A DNA stretch of 64,000 nt, taken from Cyanophora paradoxa CCMP329 (Eukaryota; Plantae; Glaucophyta). The position numbers and the translations under genes are program-made. Location of the stretch: assembly GCA_004431415.1 (NCBI GenBank), contig QPMI01000479.1, positions 1-64,000 on the forward strand. Direction: 5' to 3'. Below, one piece after another: positions 21,199-32,700 of the stretch. Below the pieces are notes generated by a model. That model did not search any database. It saw only the letters and a program-made list of their open reading frames with translations, and had not been told where the DNA came from. Position 1 is the first letter of the stretch; the number at the start of each line of letters is the position of its first letter.

Positions 21199-21341
21199 CT
21201 TACCATAAATGGTGTTGTTCACAGGTGTCACAGGTCTATCCCAAAGTTTTCACATATATAAAAATCAACTCTCAAAAGTTTGGGATTGACCTGTGACACC
21301 TGTGACACCTGTGACACCCAAATTCTAAGGGTCCCCCTTAG
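21199..21341. repeat. Inverted iteron-like array C plus small hairpin
   Basis: AAATGGTGTTGTTCACAGGTGTCACAGGTC (identical to array A)...GGGATTG(ACCTGTGAC)x3, followed by CTAAGGG-TCC-CCCTTAG. Confidence 0.85.
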
Positions 21342-21558
21342 ACTCAACAAAACAATGATAAAATCATATAAGTTTCATGTATAATTACGATTGAATTCAA
21401 TAAGAGATCGATTTGTTAATATAAACAAATGAATCATTTATGGATCTTAATCGAGTTTAGCGATATATTTCCGATTAAATGAATTAAATTTAATTAAATT
21501 TAATCGAGAAAGTACATGAATATAATATCGATTAAATCAATTACCTTTTAGACCAATC

Positions 21559-21841
21559 ACACATAGTAAAATGCGGAGTTTTAACCAGAGGCAAGATCTA
21601 ATTGAGATTCAGTTATATTATTCGGAAATATATACAGATTATCGATTGACTCAGTAAGACTAATCGGAAAATAAGAGAAATTTACGATAAAATATCGAAA
21701 AGAATACAAAATAATCGAAATAATTGAATATTCGATAAGATATACACAGATTATCGATTGATTGAAATAGAATATACGAGATATATCAACAAAATCAATT
21801 AAGATAAGCCGAGGGTTAAAACTCCGCATTTTACTATGTGT
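21559..21841. repeat. Terminal cassette bounded by a perfect 28-bp inverted repeat
   Basis: ACACATAGTAAAATGCGGAGTTTTAACC (21559-21586) and its exact reverse complement (21814-21841), located at the AT/GC boundary. Confidence 0.92.
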
Positions 21842-23750
21842 CTTTAGGCGTTCGTGTGCGCACTCTGACAATATCGCGATGGGGCTCCGTCTCGAATCCA
21901 GTAAAGACAAGCTTCACAACTCTTCCAGCCGGGGCCGAAATTAACCTATGACAACTTCAAAAACGCAAGAGCGAACGCATAAAGAGAGACAAGAACAGAA
22001 AGCCGCAAATGTAGCTGACCACTCCCGGGGAGTCGCCACCAAGCCATTCTCGTAGTTTGACGCGCCAGATCCATCGTCGAATGGAACAGACAGAGAGTTG
22101 TCTGTCAAGGCGATGCTGCAAGGATTGTAGGACGTGCAAGCGAACGCGCCGCTCCCTGATTTAAGTGCCGCAGCCACCGCACATACGACCACGAACGAAT
22201 AAAGTGTGACCTGTCGACCCCTAAGCGCATGCGTATACTTACTACAAGTACTCGCCAGTGCACGTGCTGTTCGGGCTCGCGATCGCGCGCTTGTTCGGAG
22301 GCTACGCAACTGCATATGAAAGTGATGTTGCTACTGCTGCTTTATCTTGTACATTAGATCTATCTGTATATATAGGCAGCCGATACGCATGCGCATATGC
22401 ACGTTAGAGCTTGATACTGCTCGCTTTAGATGTTTAGCTATAGCCTGTAGCTGGCAGCTATGTCCGACGGTCTATCGATATCTTTCCTAGCGCTGGTCAT
22501 GAATTCGAAGCTCATGTGATGTGCGGGTTGCTGCAGCTGCGCTCAATAGCTAGGTATGCGTATACCTATATATGATAGCTGCTCGAGGGGATCATGCAAC
22601 TTGATGTAAGGCACGCGCAGACCGGTACCGGACCGTCGGCCGCGGACAGCTGCAGCGCGTGCTCAGTGTATCTACAATAAGCAGCTGGCACTGCCTGGCA
22701 GTACCTGGCAGAGGCTGGCACTGCCTGCTGCCAGGCTGCTGGCACAGTCACTGAGTGGCCCAGTGGCCCAGCGGCACAATAGCCTAGTTGCCTAGTACTA
22801 GGCTAGTAGCCAGTACCGTGGTAGTACGGTGGTACTCAATGTACTCAGGCTGCACGATCTGCCGGCGCCAGCTGCAACTTAAGCCTGCAAGCCTAGGCTG
22901 CACGCCAGTACTAGTGCACGGTCTGCACCGTCACTGTACCGTGCAACATCAATGATCAGTATTAATGCTGCCGCACCGTGGCACTGCGCATGCGCAGTGC
23001 CGCGCCGCGGCGTGTGCGGCGTGCTCTACTAGGCTACCGTCCTCTACGTACTGTTCGGTAGTACAGACTGTACAGTGCTACACTGCACACTGCCGCAGTG
23101 CCGCCAGTGCGGACTCACTGCGGAGGCTTGCAATTGCTACCGTAGTACTACTATACTAGTACAGTAGTAGTACTACCGGTCTAGTACCGGACGTTACTAA
23201 GTTAGAGCTTGATACCGTAGTACTGCGCGCCCGCGGCCGCCGCGCCCGGGCCGGGCCCCGGCCCGGGGGCCGGCGGGGGCCGGCCCGGCCGGGGCCGGCG
23301 GGCCGCGCCGGCGGCCGCCGCCGGCGGCCGGCCGGGCCGCGCGGCCCCGCGGGCCCGCGCGCGGGCGCGGCGGGGCGCCGAGCGCGTGCCACGGTGCTGG
23401 CCCAGCCCAGTGGCACTGTCACGCCGTGACGTGCACGTGCACCGTGGCACTGCGCAGTGCGCACTGCGCACTGCGGCAGTGCGCCGCGGCGGCTGCCAGT
23501 GCCTCGCCGAGTCGGCCGGGCTCGGGCTCGGTCTCGGGCTCGGAGCCTCAGGGCCTCGGACAGAGTCGGACTCTGGCCCGGGACTCTGGGAGTCTGGGCC
23601 GGGAGTCTGTCTCTGGGACTCCGGGAGCCTCCGAGCCTGTCCGAGAGTCGGAGGTCGTTAACGTTCGAGGCTCTAACATTCATGCGCGGTACGTACCTAC
23701 TACCTCGATTGGTGCTTAAGTACGTACATGCCGATTCGGGACCCGAAATA

Positions 23751-23989
23751 CCGTGTAACACTTAAGTAATGCGGTCCCAAATTAATGCGTTTTGCCAGCG
23801 GAAAACGCATTAATTTGGGACCGCATTAATATCGAAACGCTAAGAAACTGCCGTATGTACCCCCTTACAGCAGCCAATGTTTTTAAAAGGCTTCAAAACG
23901 CATTAATTCGGTACCGCATTAATATCCATTGTCGGGGTCGGGGTCCAAAAACGCATTAATTTCTGGCGCATTAATTAAGTGTTACACGG
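23751..23989. mobile_element. Tc1/mariner (pogo/Tc2-like) MITE, copy 1
   Basis: TIR CCGTGTAACACTTAA...TTAAGTGTTACACGG with TA on both sides; internal GCATTAAT palindromic repeats. Confidence 0.85.
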
Positions 23990-24061
23990 TATCGCCGAGT
24001 CGAGTCGCGAATCGCGATATATATCGATTCGCAATATTAATCGATCCAACGAATTCGAATA

Positions 24062-24354
24062 CCGTAGAACACTTAATTAATACCGGGGGGAATACCGGGG
24101 GCGCACACTTAATTAATGCGCCCCCTAATTAATTAATGCGTTTTCCGCTGGCCGGCAAAACGCATTAATTTGGGGGCGCATTAATATCGAAACCCTAAGA
24201 AAATGCTGTATGTACCCCCCCTACAGCAGCCAAAAAAAGCTTAAAAACGCAATAATTCGGGGGCGCATGATTATTACTCATACGAGGCCGGCCCGGGGTC
24301 CTGGTTGATCCAAAAACGCATTAATATCGGGCGCATTAAATAAGTGTTTTACGG
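24062..24354. mobile_element. Tc1/mariner MITE, copy 2 (diverged)
   Basis: TA|CCGTAGAACACTTAA...TAAGTGTTTTACGG; the interior is colinear with copy 1 (GCATTAATATCGAAAC, GTATGTACCCCC, TACAGCAGCCAA). Confidence 0.8.
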
Positions 24355-25849
24355 TGCTTACTGGCCGGGCCATGGGCCGGCATTGGCCGGGGAATTTGGC
24401 CCGGCAAGCGCACACGGCCCGGCAGTGGGCCCGGCAGGGCCGGCACTCAGTAACTGGCCCGGCAGTGGCCGGCACTGGCCCGGCAGTGGCCGGCAGTGCC
24501 CGACACTGGCACTGCGCACTGCGCAGCTCGCGGCAGCTGTCTGCGGGCCAGACTGCGGCGGCAGAGCCTCGGAGGCTAGAGTCGGAGCTCCGAGGCTCGG
24601 AGACTGTCCGAGTCCTGGGCCTCTGGCCACTGTACGTGGCCAGGGCCGCGCGCGGGCCCAGCCGCCCACACGGGCCAGGGCTCGCCGGCTCGGCCCGAGT
24701 CGGAGGCCAGGGTACCATATATGCATAGTAACTGGCAAGCCGCTGGCAAGCCCGCTGAATTTTCAGGGCCGCCTAGCGGCTAGGGCCAGCCCCGGTGCAA
24801 GCTTTCGAAATTTTGGGCCAGCCCCGGTGCAAGCTTCTAGCCCTAGCCCCGCTTCTAGCCCCGACGGCCAGTGCCCTATAGCTACCTGGGCCAAACGTTA
24901 ACTTGAGAAAATCGCGACTCGGCGACTCGCCACTCTGAGACTCTGAGTCGCGACTCCGACTCGCGAGTCACCGACTCACCGCCGAGTCGGCGCCGACTCG
25001 GCGACTCATGATCACCGGTAGCCTGGCGGTAGGCTGCGGCGGTAGCGCACTGCGGCAGGCGCCGCACTGCGGCAGGCTGCGCAGCCCGGAGCCCACGGCC
25101 GGGGTGACGGCCCGGCCCGGGGGGGGGGGGGGGGGGGGGGGGGCGCTACGCGTACGGTACTGCCAACTTCCGAAGTTCAAAACAGTGCCGAGCAGTGCCA
25201 AGTCACGTGCACTGCCAACTTGTGCCAAGTGCCAACTGCCATTGCCAGGCTGCCTGAGTCTGCAGAGCAGCAGCCTATATATGCCAGCAGGAGCATCGAG
25301 GTCGGACCGGTGCAGCCGCCGCGCAGCCGCTGATCACGAGCGTATCCGAGCGTAGTGCGATACGAAGATGACAGCATATATATACACGCAAAAAGTGCGA
25401 GCTCTGTCTTGCGTGCATACATAAACAGATATTGAAGCTTCGAGTTGTAATCAGTAGCCTGATCGATGCGCGGCGTACACGTATATTTGCAGTAGACGCA
25501 TATCGATATTAGTGCAGCGCTTGCAATTTCGCGAGCACGCAACCGTGTGTATATGAGGCGAGCTCGAGCTACGAGCTGCGAGGGCTCGAGCACGTTATCG
25601 GCCGCGAAGAAGCCCTTCAGGCATATGCATAGAAGTATAAGCTTCAGTTCAGCAGCTATATGCGTCGCATTTCTTGGTGTATGCGCATCTTCTGCATTCA
25701 ACGGTGCGCACGGTGCCCACTAAGCCATTCAGAGATATCGATGGACCAATCTATAGCTTATCTCTAAATGTATATATAGCTAGCGCGTGCAATCGCAAAA
25801 AAGAAACATATATCGAGGAGACATATAAATCTCTCCGAATCACGTCGAC

Positions 25850-28560
25850 GTCAATGTGCGGGCTGCGCGCATGCCACCCGTGACCGCTTGCGCAGGGCCA
25901 AGTGTTCCGGGGGTTAAGAGTGCGTTCGCTGTACTGGTGTCACATTGGCCCACACAGCTTTGACGCGCGCGCACGCGCGCGATGGCGTGCAGCTGTGCTC
26001 TACGCGGCTCCACTCGCGACTTGGGATTTTCTGTCCCTCAACGTCCCTCGCGTGCCGAGTCTCGTTGTCGTTGGGAAAGACCTCGACGACAATCTCCTCA
26101 TCTGCGAGTAAGCCCGCGCTCGCGTATCCCGGGCCCGGCCGCGGCCTGCAGGCGTACACAATGCGCGTACCAGCAGATGTAGACGCGGGCTGCCCCATGC
26201 GCAGGTGGAATTTGGTATCCAGCGCCTGTCGCTCGAGCCGAGTTTTGGCGAACCTCCTGCAAAATGTAAGCGCACGCGCGATTTGCCACTGGCCTGACAC
26301 TGGTACTGAAATCAAGCCTTGCAGGCCTCATTCGCTCCCGTCGAGTTTACTTTCACGACCTTCACGCCCTTTCCCGGAAGGGTTCGCTCGCGATCGCTTC
26401 TGCGACTCGACGATCTAGATCTGTGTCGCGCACGTGCGCATGCCTCCCTGCGGCTGCAGCTCACGATCAGACGCGCTACGTACGTAGGACATCGACGTCC
26501 GCTCGACGAGGGTCGGGGACGGCGAGTTTTCTCGCGGCATTCAAACGTGGGCGGGAAAGGACACCGGCCAGCTCTTCGTGCCTTCGTCCCTCATCGGCTT
26601 TGCCGGGGAATCCCAGAGCAGCACCCTCCCAGGCTACTCGAGTGCCCGCTACTCCGCGCTGTGCTTGAACCCCAGATACTCGAGCGTCGACTGCCTGCAT
26701 TATATGCCGCTTGCCCTCATGACCGTGAAGTACTCCGGTGACTTGGCTCAACGGTATTCGCTTTGAAGGACCACACTGACGTCCGCGACGGGCCGTTTCC
26801 TCCCTCAGGCTGCAATATGTGCTGCAAACCGGACGGCAGTCAGTACCTTGGCGACGATCTTCCCGCCGAGGCCACTGCTACCTGGCCGGGCTGCAACGCG
26901 GACGTATACCGATTTGTTCAACTGGGGCGGAATTTCACTGTCGATGAAAGGCGCGCAGTCTTTATATTACTGATATATATCTTTTTGAGGAAATAAAATG
27001 CGCTTCAGGTGGTATGGCCCACTTTTCGAGTCTGCGACGCATCATTTCGCCTCAGGAGCGTTTCTTGGAAGCGCATGGGAAAAGCCAGCGTGCTCTCGCT
27101 TGCCATCGCCCTTCTAATCTGAACTGCGAGACAGGCTTGAGTGGCTCGGCGCCTTCGGAAATCTTTTCATGTTCGACACGAGTGCAGCGGGCACCGTGTC
27201 CTACATGGTCCACACCGACCTTGCATCGTACGGCGCCCTCAAGGGGGCCAACCTCGCGAACCGCACGGGCTGGCCCTTCGACACGAGGCGTGGGCTGAAC
27301 TGCCCGCCGCGTGCGTCCCGGGACCCCCCCGCCCCCCACTCCCCGCCACTCTCAAGCCTTCAAATGCAATATATTTCAAAAGATATCAAAAGAGCTCGAT
27401 ATCCACCTCGCTGCATGATACTGAAACTTCGGCAGCGTCGGACAGCGGCCGTCTGTTTCTGCTCGACGTCCAAGTCTTCAGCTTCGCCCAGCGCGGCGTG
27501 ATCTACGCAGCCTCGTACTCGTCGGGGGCGGTGTCCGTGTTTCTTAGGCTGCGCCTCTGCAAGATGAGCGGCCCTCTCGATGTAAACGCGCTTGCCCCCT
27601 CCATTCTGAGATTCCTAAGCCTGTCTCAAGTTGTGACTCAATTGCAATTGCGCTCAGCTTCCGACGGTCGAAGGTCTCGAGACAATCGCGGCTGCCGATT
27701 CAGAGTACGAGCTTACGGCATATACCTACATGAACGGAAAGTGTGCATCGATTGTACATGTGTTTTCCGCATGCTTAGCGCGCGCGCTTCGCGACCGTGC
27801 ATTTATGTGTGTGCCCACGGCGCGACGCTCGCAGCTTTCTCACGGCTCTGGTTGCCGGTACGCCCATGATAAACGTGGAGCACATCCCGCCTGGCGCCAG
27901 CGTCCACGCTATGGCAACCGATGGCCGCGTCGAGGCGACCGGTCCCGTGCTCTACCATGCCATTATCAGGCGCGCCGATCATCTATATAACCTCCACCCA
28001 CCCCTTTTTCCTGCATTCCACTGCCGCGGGCTCAGCTCACTTTCGTTTTGCTGGCGAATGGCATGATAGGTATCCTTTGTTCTCCAAGTACTGCTATGGA
28101 GCATGGATCTCTGACACCTGCGTCACAAAGGTGCGGCCTGCACACGCACGCGCACGAGTGCTCTCAACCCCTCACACGGCACGGCGGCGAATTACGCGAA
28201 TGCACAGGTGAAGCACGTCATCGCTGCGTGGACCTGGGGCGTGACAGGGACCAGGGCGGTTCTTCAGCGCGCCCCGCTTGTCTTGATGGAGCGAATTGTG
28301 TCAAACCAGGAAACGTGCATGGTCCAAAACGGGAACACTGGCGAAGTTGGCTCAGGCTACGGGGCTCTCGAGGGAAAGTGGGCGGAGGGCCGTCGCAACT
28401 CTTTCTATGTACTCGGAGACGGTTTGTGCAGTCTGGGAATTCGCCGACGTGCTGAACATCCGCTCATCGCTCCATTTTCCGCTTGGCCGCAGAGATCGTT
28501 CGGCTCAGGTGCTCTGCGCGTCTATAAGCCGCGCCCGCGCCGAAGTCTGCACATTTAAAA
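25850..28560 (+). CDS. Probable multi-exon host gene of unknown function (boundaries approximate)
   Basis: Short GC-rich coding-like blocks separated by GT...CAG introns; no recognisable domain. Confidence 0.3.
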
Positions 28561-29789
28561 TTTACGAATAAATTATCAGGCGCCCCGGTGCTTTCGAGAG
28601 CGGAATGGGCGGAAACATAACTGGGCGGCTAAGGCTCCAGCCGGAAGCGTGGCAACCTTCTTTGAACACCGAATGGTCAGACACTGCCAGCCATCCCCCA
28701 TATAACACGATCCGATCATTTTACTTACTTATATAAACGTACGCATATAAATGTGTATCAGGTACTCTGTTCGGGCTGCTGTTTACTCCCGGGGGTCGCT
28801 CTTCATTGTCCGAGAAAGGTCCGCATTGCTGACCAAGCAGCTGATACTAGTTCCTCGCGCTCTGCGCAGTCGTCGATGATTCTCAACAGGCACACGATGG
28901 AGAACACGCCATGCCCCCCGTACTTGACCAACCCGAACTGGCAGCTCACGAGGGCAGCCCAAGGTCGCCTCCGCAAGATATCGGTGGCGTCCACAGCCCC
29001 AGCTGAGCTTCTGAAGGTGGGCAAGACCTATGGGCCCTGAATCTCGCGCTTGTGTCCGCTTGCCGAGACATCGAAATCCCATTGTAGGTCGAGAATGTCG
29101 ATGGCGAAGTGATGGGCCCCGTCTTCGTTGTCGTACCAAACTTTGTCAGGACTGTCGGTGGAGGTTACACAATAGATGACGTGCCGTACGCATGAAACGC
29201 ATTCAGTCATTAATGTGCCCGAATGTCGAGAGTGCAATATAATTTTCATGACAGACATGTCTGGAATATGGACCCTTTCCAGCCGTTCCCCGAGATGAAT
29301 TACATCGTCTTTTGGTCAAAAGATCCGTGCGCGATGCCTCTTGCTTGCATTTCTTTTGATTCGCACTGCGCATAACTGGGCTATTCCGCAGTCAAGCCAT
29401 CATAAAGGTAGATTTTTGTTTTTATTAAACCAGAGACGTCGACTGCAGCCCTCATCGGGCACGCACACGGATAAAATGTACATGTGTATATAGAAAATGG
29501 GAGCTGAAGAATGTATATAACGGATGTATCCCAAAAACTAAACCCGCACTGATAACACACATGCGCGAAAGGTCTACGTTGATTGCGAGCCTGGCACGGT
29601 CTGTTGCGCCCGGCGCGCCGGTTTCAATCAGTCGACCCTTGGCTAATCGCGTCCTGCATATAAACGAATAAAGACATTCAGCACAGAATCGATATTTACG
29701 ACCACAATAGGAGGCAACTGCGTTCCTGTAGATCCCGGTTAGCCCGCTTGTTTTGGAATGAGGTTTTAAGGCGTTATAACTATTCTCAT

Positions 29790-32700
29790 TCAGGTCGCTA
29801 CTCAAACAAGACGGGCGTTATCAGTAACGTCGAAGCGCCGCTGTGCCCAGCAGGGACCTTTTCAACTGGCGGAGCAACCTTCTGCACAGGTAATGATCAG
29901 ATCTAGAGCCGTGAAGAAGGGTAGCCTCTCGCGCAAACGTCAACCGCGGCTCCCGCAGTATGCCCCCTAGGCTCGTACTCTAGGGAAGGGGCGAGCTCCT
30001 GTACCGGTCCGTCTATTGGGTGTCCCCTCGAATGCGCGCCCAGCTGTTTACGCAACGTGTCGCTTTTCGATGTCGATGCTCTGCAGAGTGTCCACAGGTG
30101 CTTTGCAATTCAAATAATTGAATTCAAGCTGCTTCCGACTTTGTGTTGATAATTGCTTCCGCAGAATTCATTCGCAACGGAGGCCGGCAAGCCCTGCACT
30201 CCATGGTGCGCCCCTCTTGGTTTGCATCGAGATGGCTCCACTGTCTGCCTGAACCAAGCCATGGGGTTCTCGCGATCGTCCGCAGCCCCCCGAACGCATA
30301 TACCCCCACGGCCGCTTGGACCTCCCCTTGCTCTTCGTGCGACGCCGGCTACTACCTCCCGTACACCGGGGCGACGCTCTGCATGCTCTGCCCCCCCACG
30401 ACGTGGAGCCCCCCTGGAGCCCTGGGCTCGTGCAACTTCTGTGAGCGCGCGCTGTCTGTTTGCGCCCCAGACTCGCTCGCCGTTATTGACGTCCGACGCG
30501 CCGCAAATTCGAAGGCCCACAGGGCGAAGTCCCTTCGTACGACGGCTCGCGTTGCGAGAATTGGTGCGCCGACAAATCGGTCGAACGCGAACAGAGTATT
30601 ATGCGAAGCCGCTCTCCCTTTGACTGCCAGCTGCCGAACTAATTTCTTAATAATTAATAATCTCTGCGCAGCCCCGTTGGCTACTTCCAACCTGCCAACA
30701 ATACTGCATGCCGTTTGTGTCCCATTAACACCTACTCGAGAGCCGGCGCTTTCGGAGAGTGTACACCCTGCCCCAAGTGCGCGTGTTTTAATTTCTGAAT
30801 TCTGTTTCCACGCGATTTGTAGGTGCAGAATTTAATCCCATGCCATCTCCAGGGGCCACGCTAGCGTCGATGACCACTCCGAGTGTCGGCCCTGCTTGCC
30901 AGGATATTTCCTAGTAGACGACGTGTGCGCGCGCTGCCGAGGCAACTCTATCGCGCCTGCCATGGCCGCCGCAAGTTGCGACGCCTGTCCCGTCGGCTCC
31001 GTCGCGGATGAATCGAAAACCTCTTGCGTCGACTGCCCGCCTGGAACGTACTTTTCTGCGAACACGACGACCTGCAACCGGTGACGACCCTCTAAATCTT
31101 GCTGCTAGATCCTCCAAGTTGGGAGTTAACTTCTCAGCAGTTGTCCGCTGAACTACATCTCAAGTCTGCCGCGCTCCTTGACTTGCGAGCCGTGCCCCCC
31201 TGGATATATCAGCACGTCAGATTTCCAGGTGCGGCTCCGAACTAAGAGCTCTTGCCAATGATCGGCCCGCTTGAGCTTATATATCCATGACAAAACCATA
31301 CGGGGATAGACATGTATCGCCTGCGGAGTGGGCAGCTATCGGACGGAAGCAATGGCCTTGTGCACCCCTGTGCCGTCTGGAAGCGTGGCGTTAGCCGGTA
31401 GCGCGAACTACACGGAGTGCGAGCCCGGCTCTGTACCTTCCATTTCCAAGATGGAATGTCTGCCTTGCGCCGCGGGTGCGCACTTTTGAGAATTGTTTCT
31501 GAGAAGGATAAGCGTGAGGCCGGCCGACGCGTTTCGCTTTTCAGGCATGTTCCAGATAGGCGAGCGTTGCGAGAGGTGCGCACATAGATATTCGCCGCAC
31601 TTTTGCGAGCAGTTTCAACATAACACTGATGGCGTCACGGCGTTCGAACCGTCCAGGTGTCCCATCAATTCCGTGAGCGGTTCGGCGGGAGCGACTGCGT
31701 GCACGCCCTGCAAGAATGGTACCGTTGCGGCCTCGGATTCGCAGGTATGTCGGCCTCTCTATTTTGCTTCTTCTGAGTTTGCTGTGCTGGCTCTGATCGC
31801 GAGTCTTCGCGATCGCACAGACATGCAACGAGTGCCGCCCAGGCACGTACGATGCTGGTGGCGTCTGCGAAAGGTTCGCGACGCTCTTTACTTTCAATTT
31901 CGGTTTTTGTTTCTCCGCGCGATGACCGCTCGATTGCTCGCAACGTCCAGATGTCCTTTGAATCACGTATCAAGCCTGCCAGCCTCCACAGCGTGCACGC
32001 CCTGCCCGGAGGGGTCTGTCTCGGCGACGGACTCGCAGACCTGCGTGAAATGTGGCACAGGTTTGCGAATGTAGACCCACATTTCCATCCGAAATCGGTC
32101 GGAATTCGAGGCTTGCGCAGGGTCGTACCGTTCAAGCAACATGTCGAGCTGCATGCCCGTCCCCGACCGGACCGTCGCGCTCCAGGGCTCTGCTTTGTAC
32201 ACAAACTGCTCCGCCGGGTGGGTTGCCAACATCGCGCGGAGTGAATGCGTGCAGTGCCAGGCGGGTGAGCATGCCACAGCACTTTTCTTTGCATGTGCGC
32301 ACTGACGCCACTTTGCTTGGGGTTGGAATCAAGGCACATATCAAACGGGCGACACGTGCGAGCGGTGCCCCGTGCTGATGTACTCTCCCGCAAGTGCGAG
32401 CGTCCAGTGCTTGCCCTGCGCTGTGGGCACGGTCCCCGCGGACGACCAGCAGTCTTGCATTTCGTGTCCCTCTGGTGCGTTGGGTTGGAAAATTCTAAAA
32501 GCTTGGCTTCGCTGGTAGATCTTGAAACGCAATTAATCGCGAGAGCAGGAACGTACCGGGGACCTGGGGACTTGGCGTGCGTCAACGTACCGAACCGCGC
32601 GGTGGCATTGCCGAAGTCATCGAACTTCACCGTCTGCCCCGCCGGCTCGGTCCCGGACACGGCGCGCGCTCAGTGCATACAATGCCTCTCGGGATCCTAC

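Larger units (their letters stand above)
1..21843. mobile_element. Endogenous Polinton-like virus / virophage-like element (right part; left end outside window)
   Basis: AT-rich, intronless, densely packed ORFs including MCP, two pentons, A32 ATPase and primase-SF3 helicase. Abrupt switch to GC-rich, intron-containing DNA after ...TTACTATGTGTCT (21843). Confidence 0.92.
23215..25157. mobile_element. Degenerate foldback-like non-autonomous element (TA|CCGT...ACGG|TA) enclosing MITEs
   Basis: The arms mirror each other through the anchors TACCGTA, CCGGGCCGGGCC, GCAGTGCG, TCGCCGAGTCGGC and GTTAACGTT. Confidence 0.5.

Noticed and set aside
4250-21341. Repeat arrays as CRISPR arrays
   Set aside because: The units are 9-bp tandem/inverted repeats without unique spacers, and there are no cas genes.
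22566-25355. Long Arg/Pro/Gly/Ala-rich ORFs
   Set aside because: They are products of GC-rich repeats lacking stop codons, open on both strands, with no domain signal.
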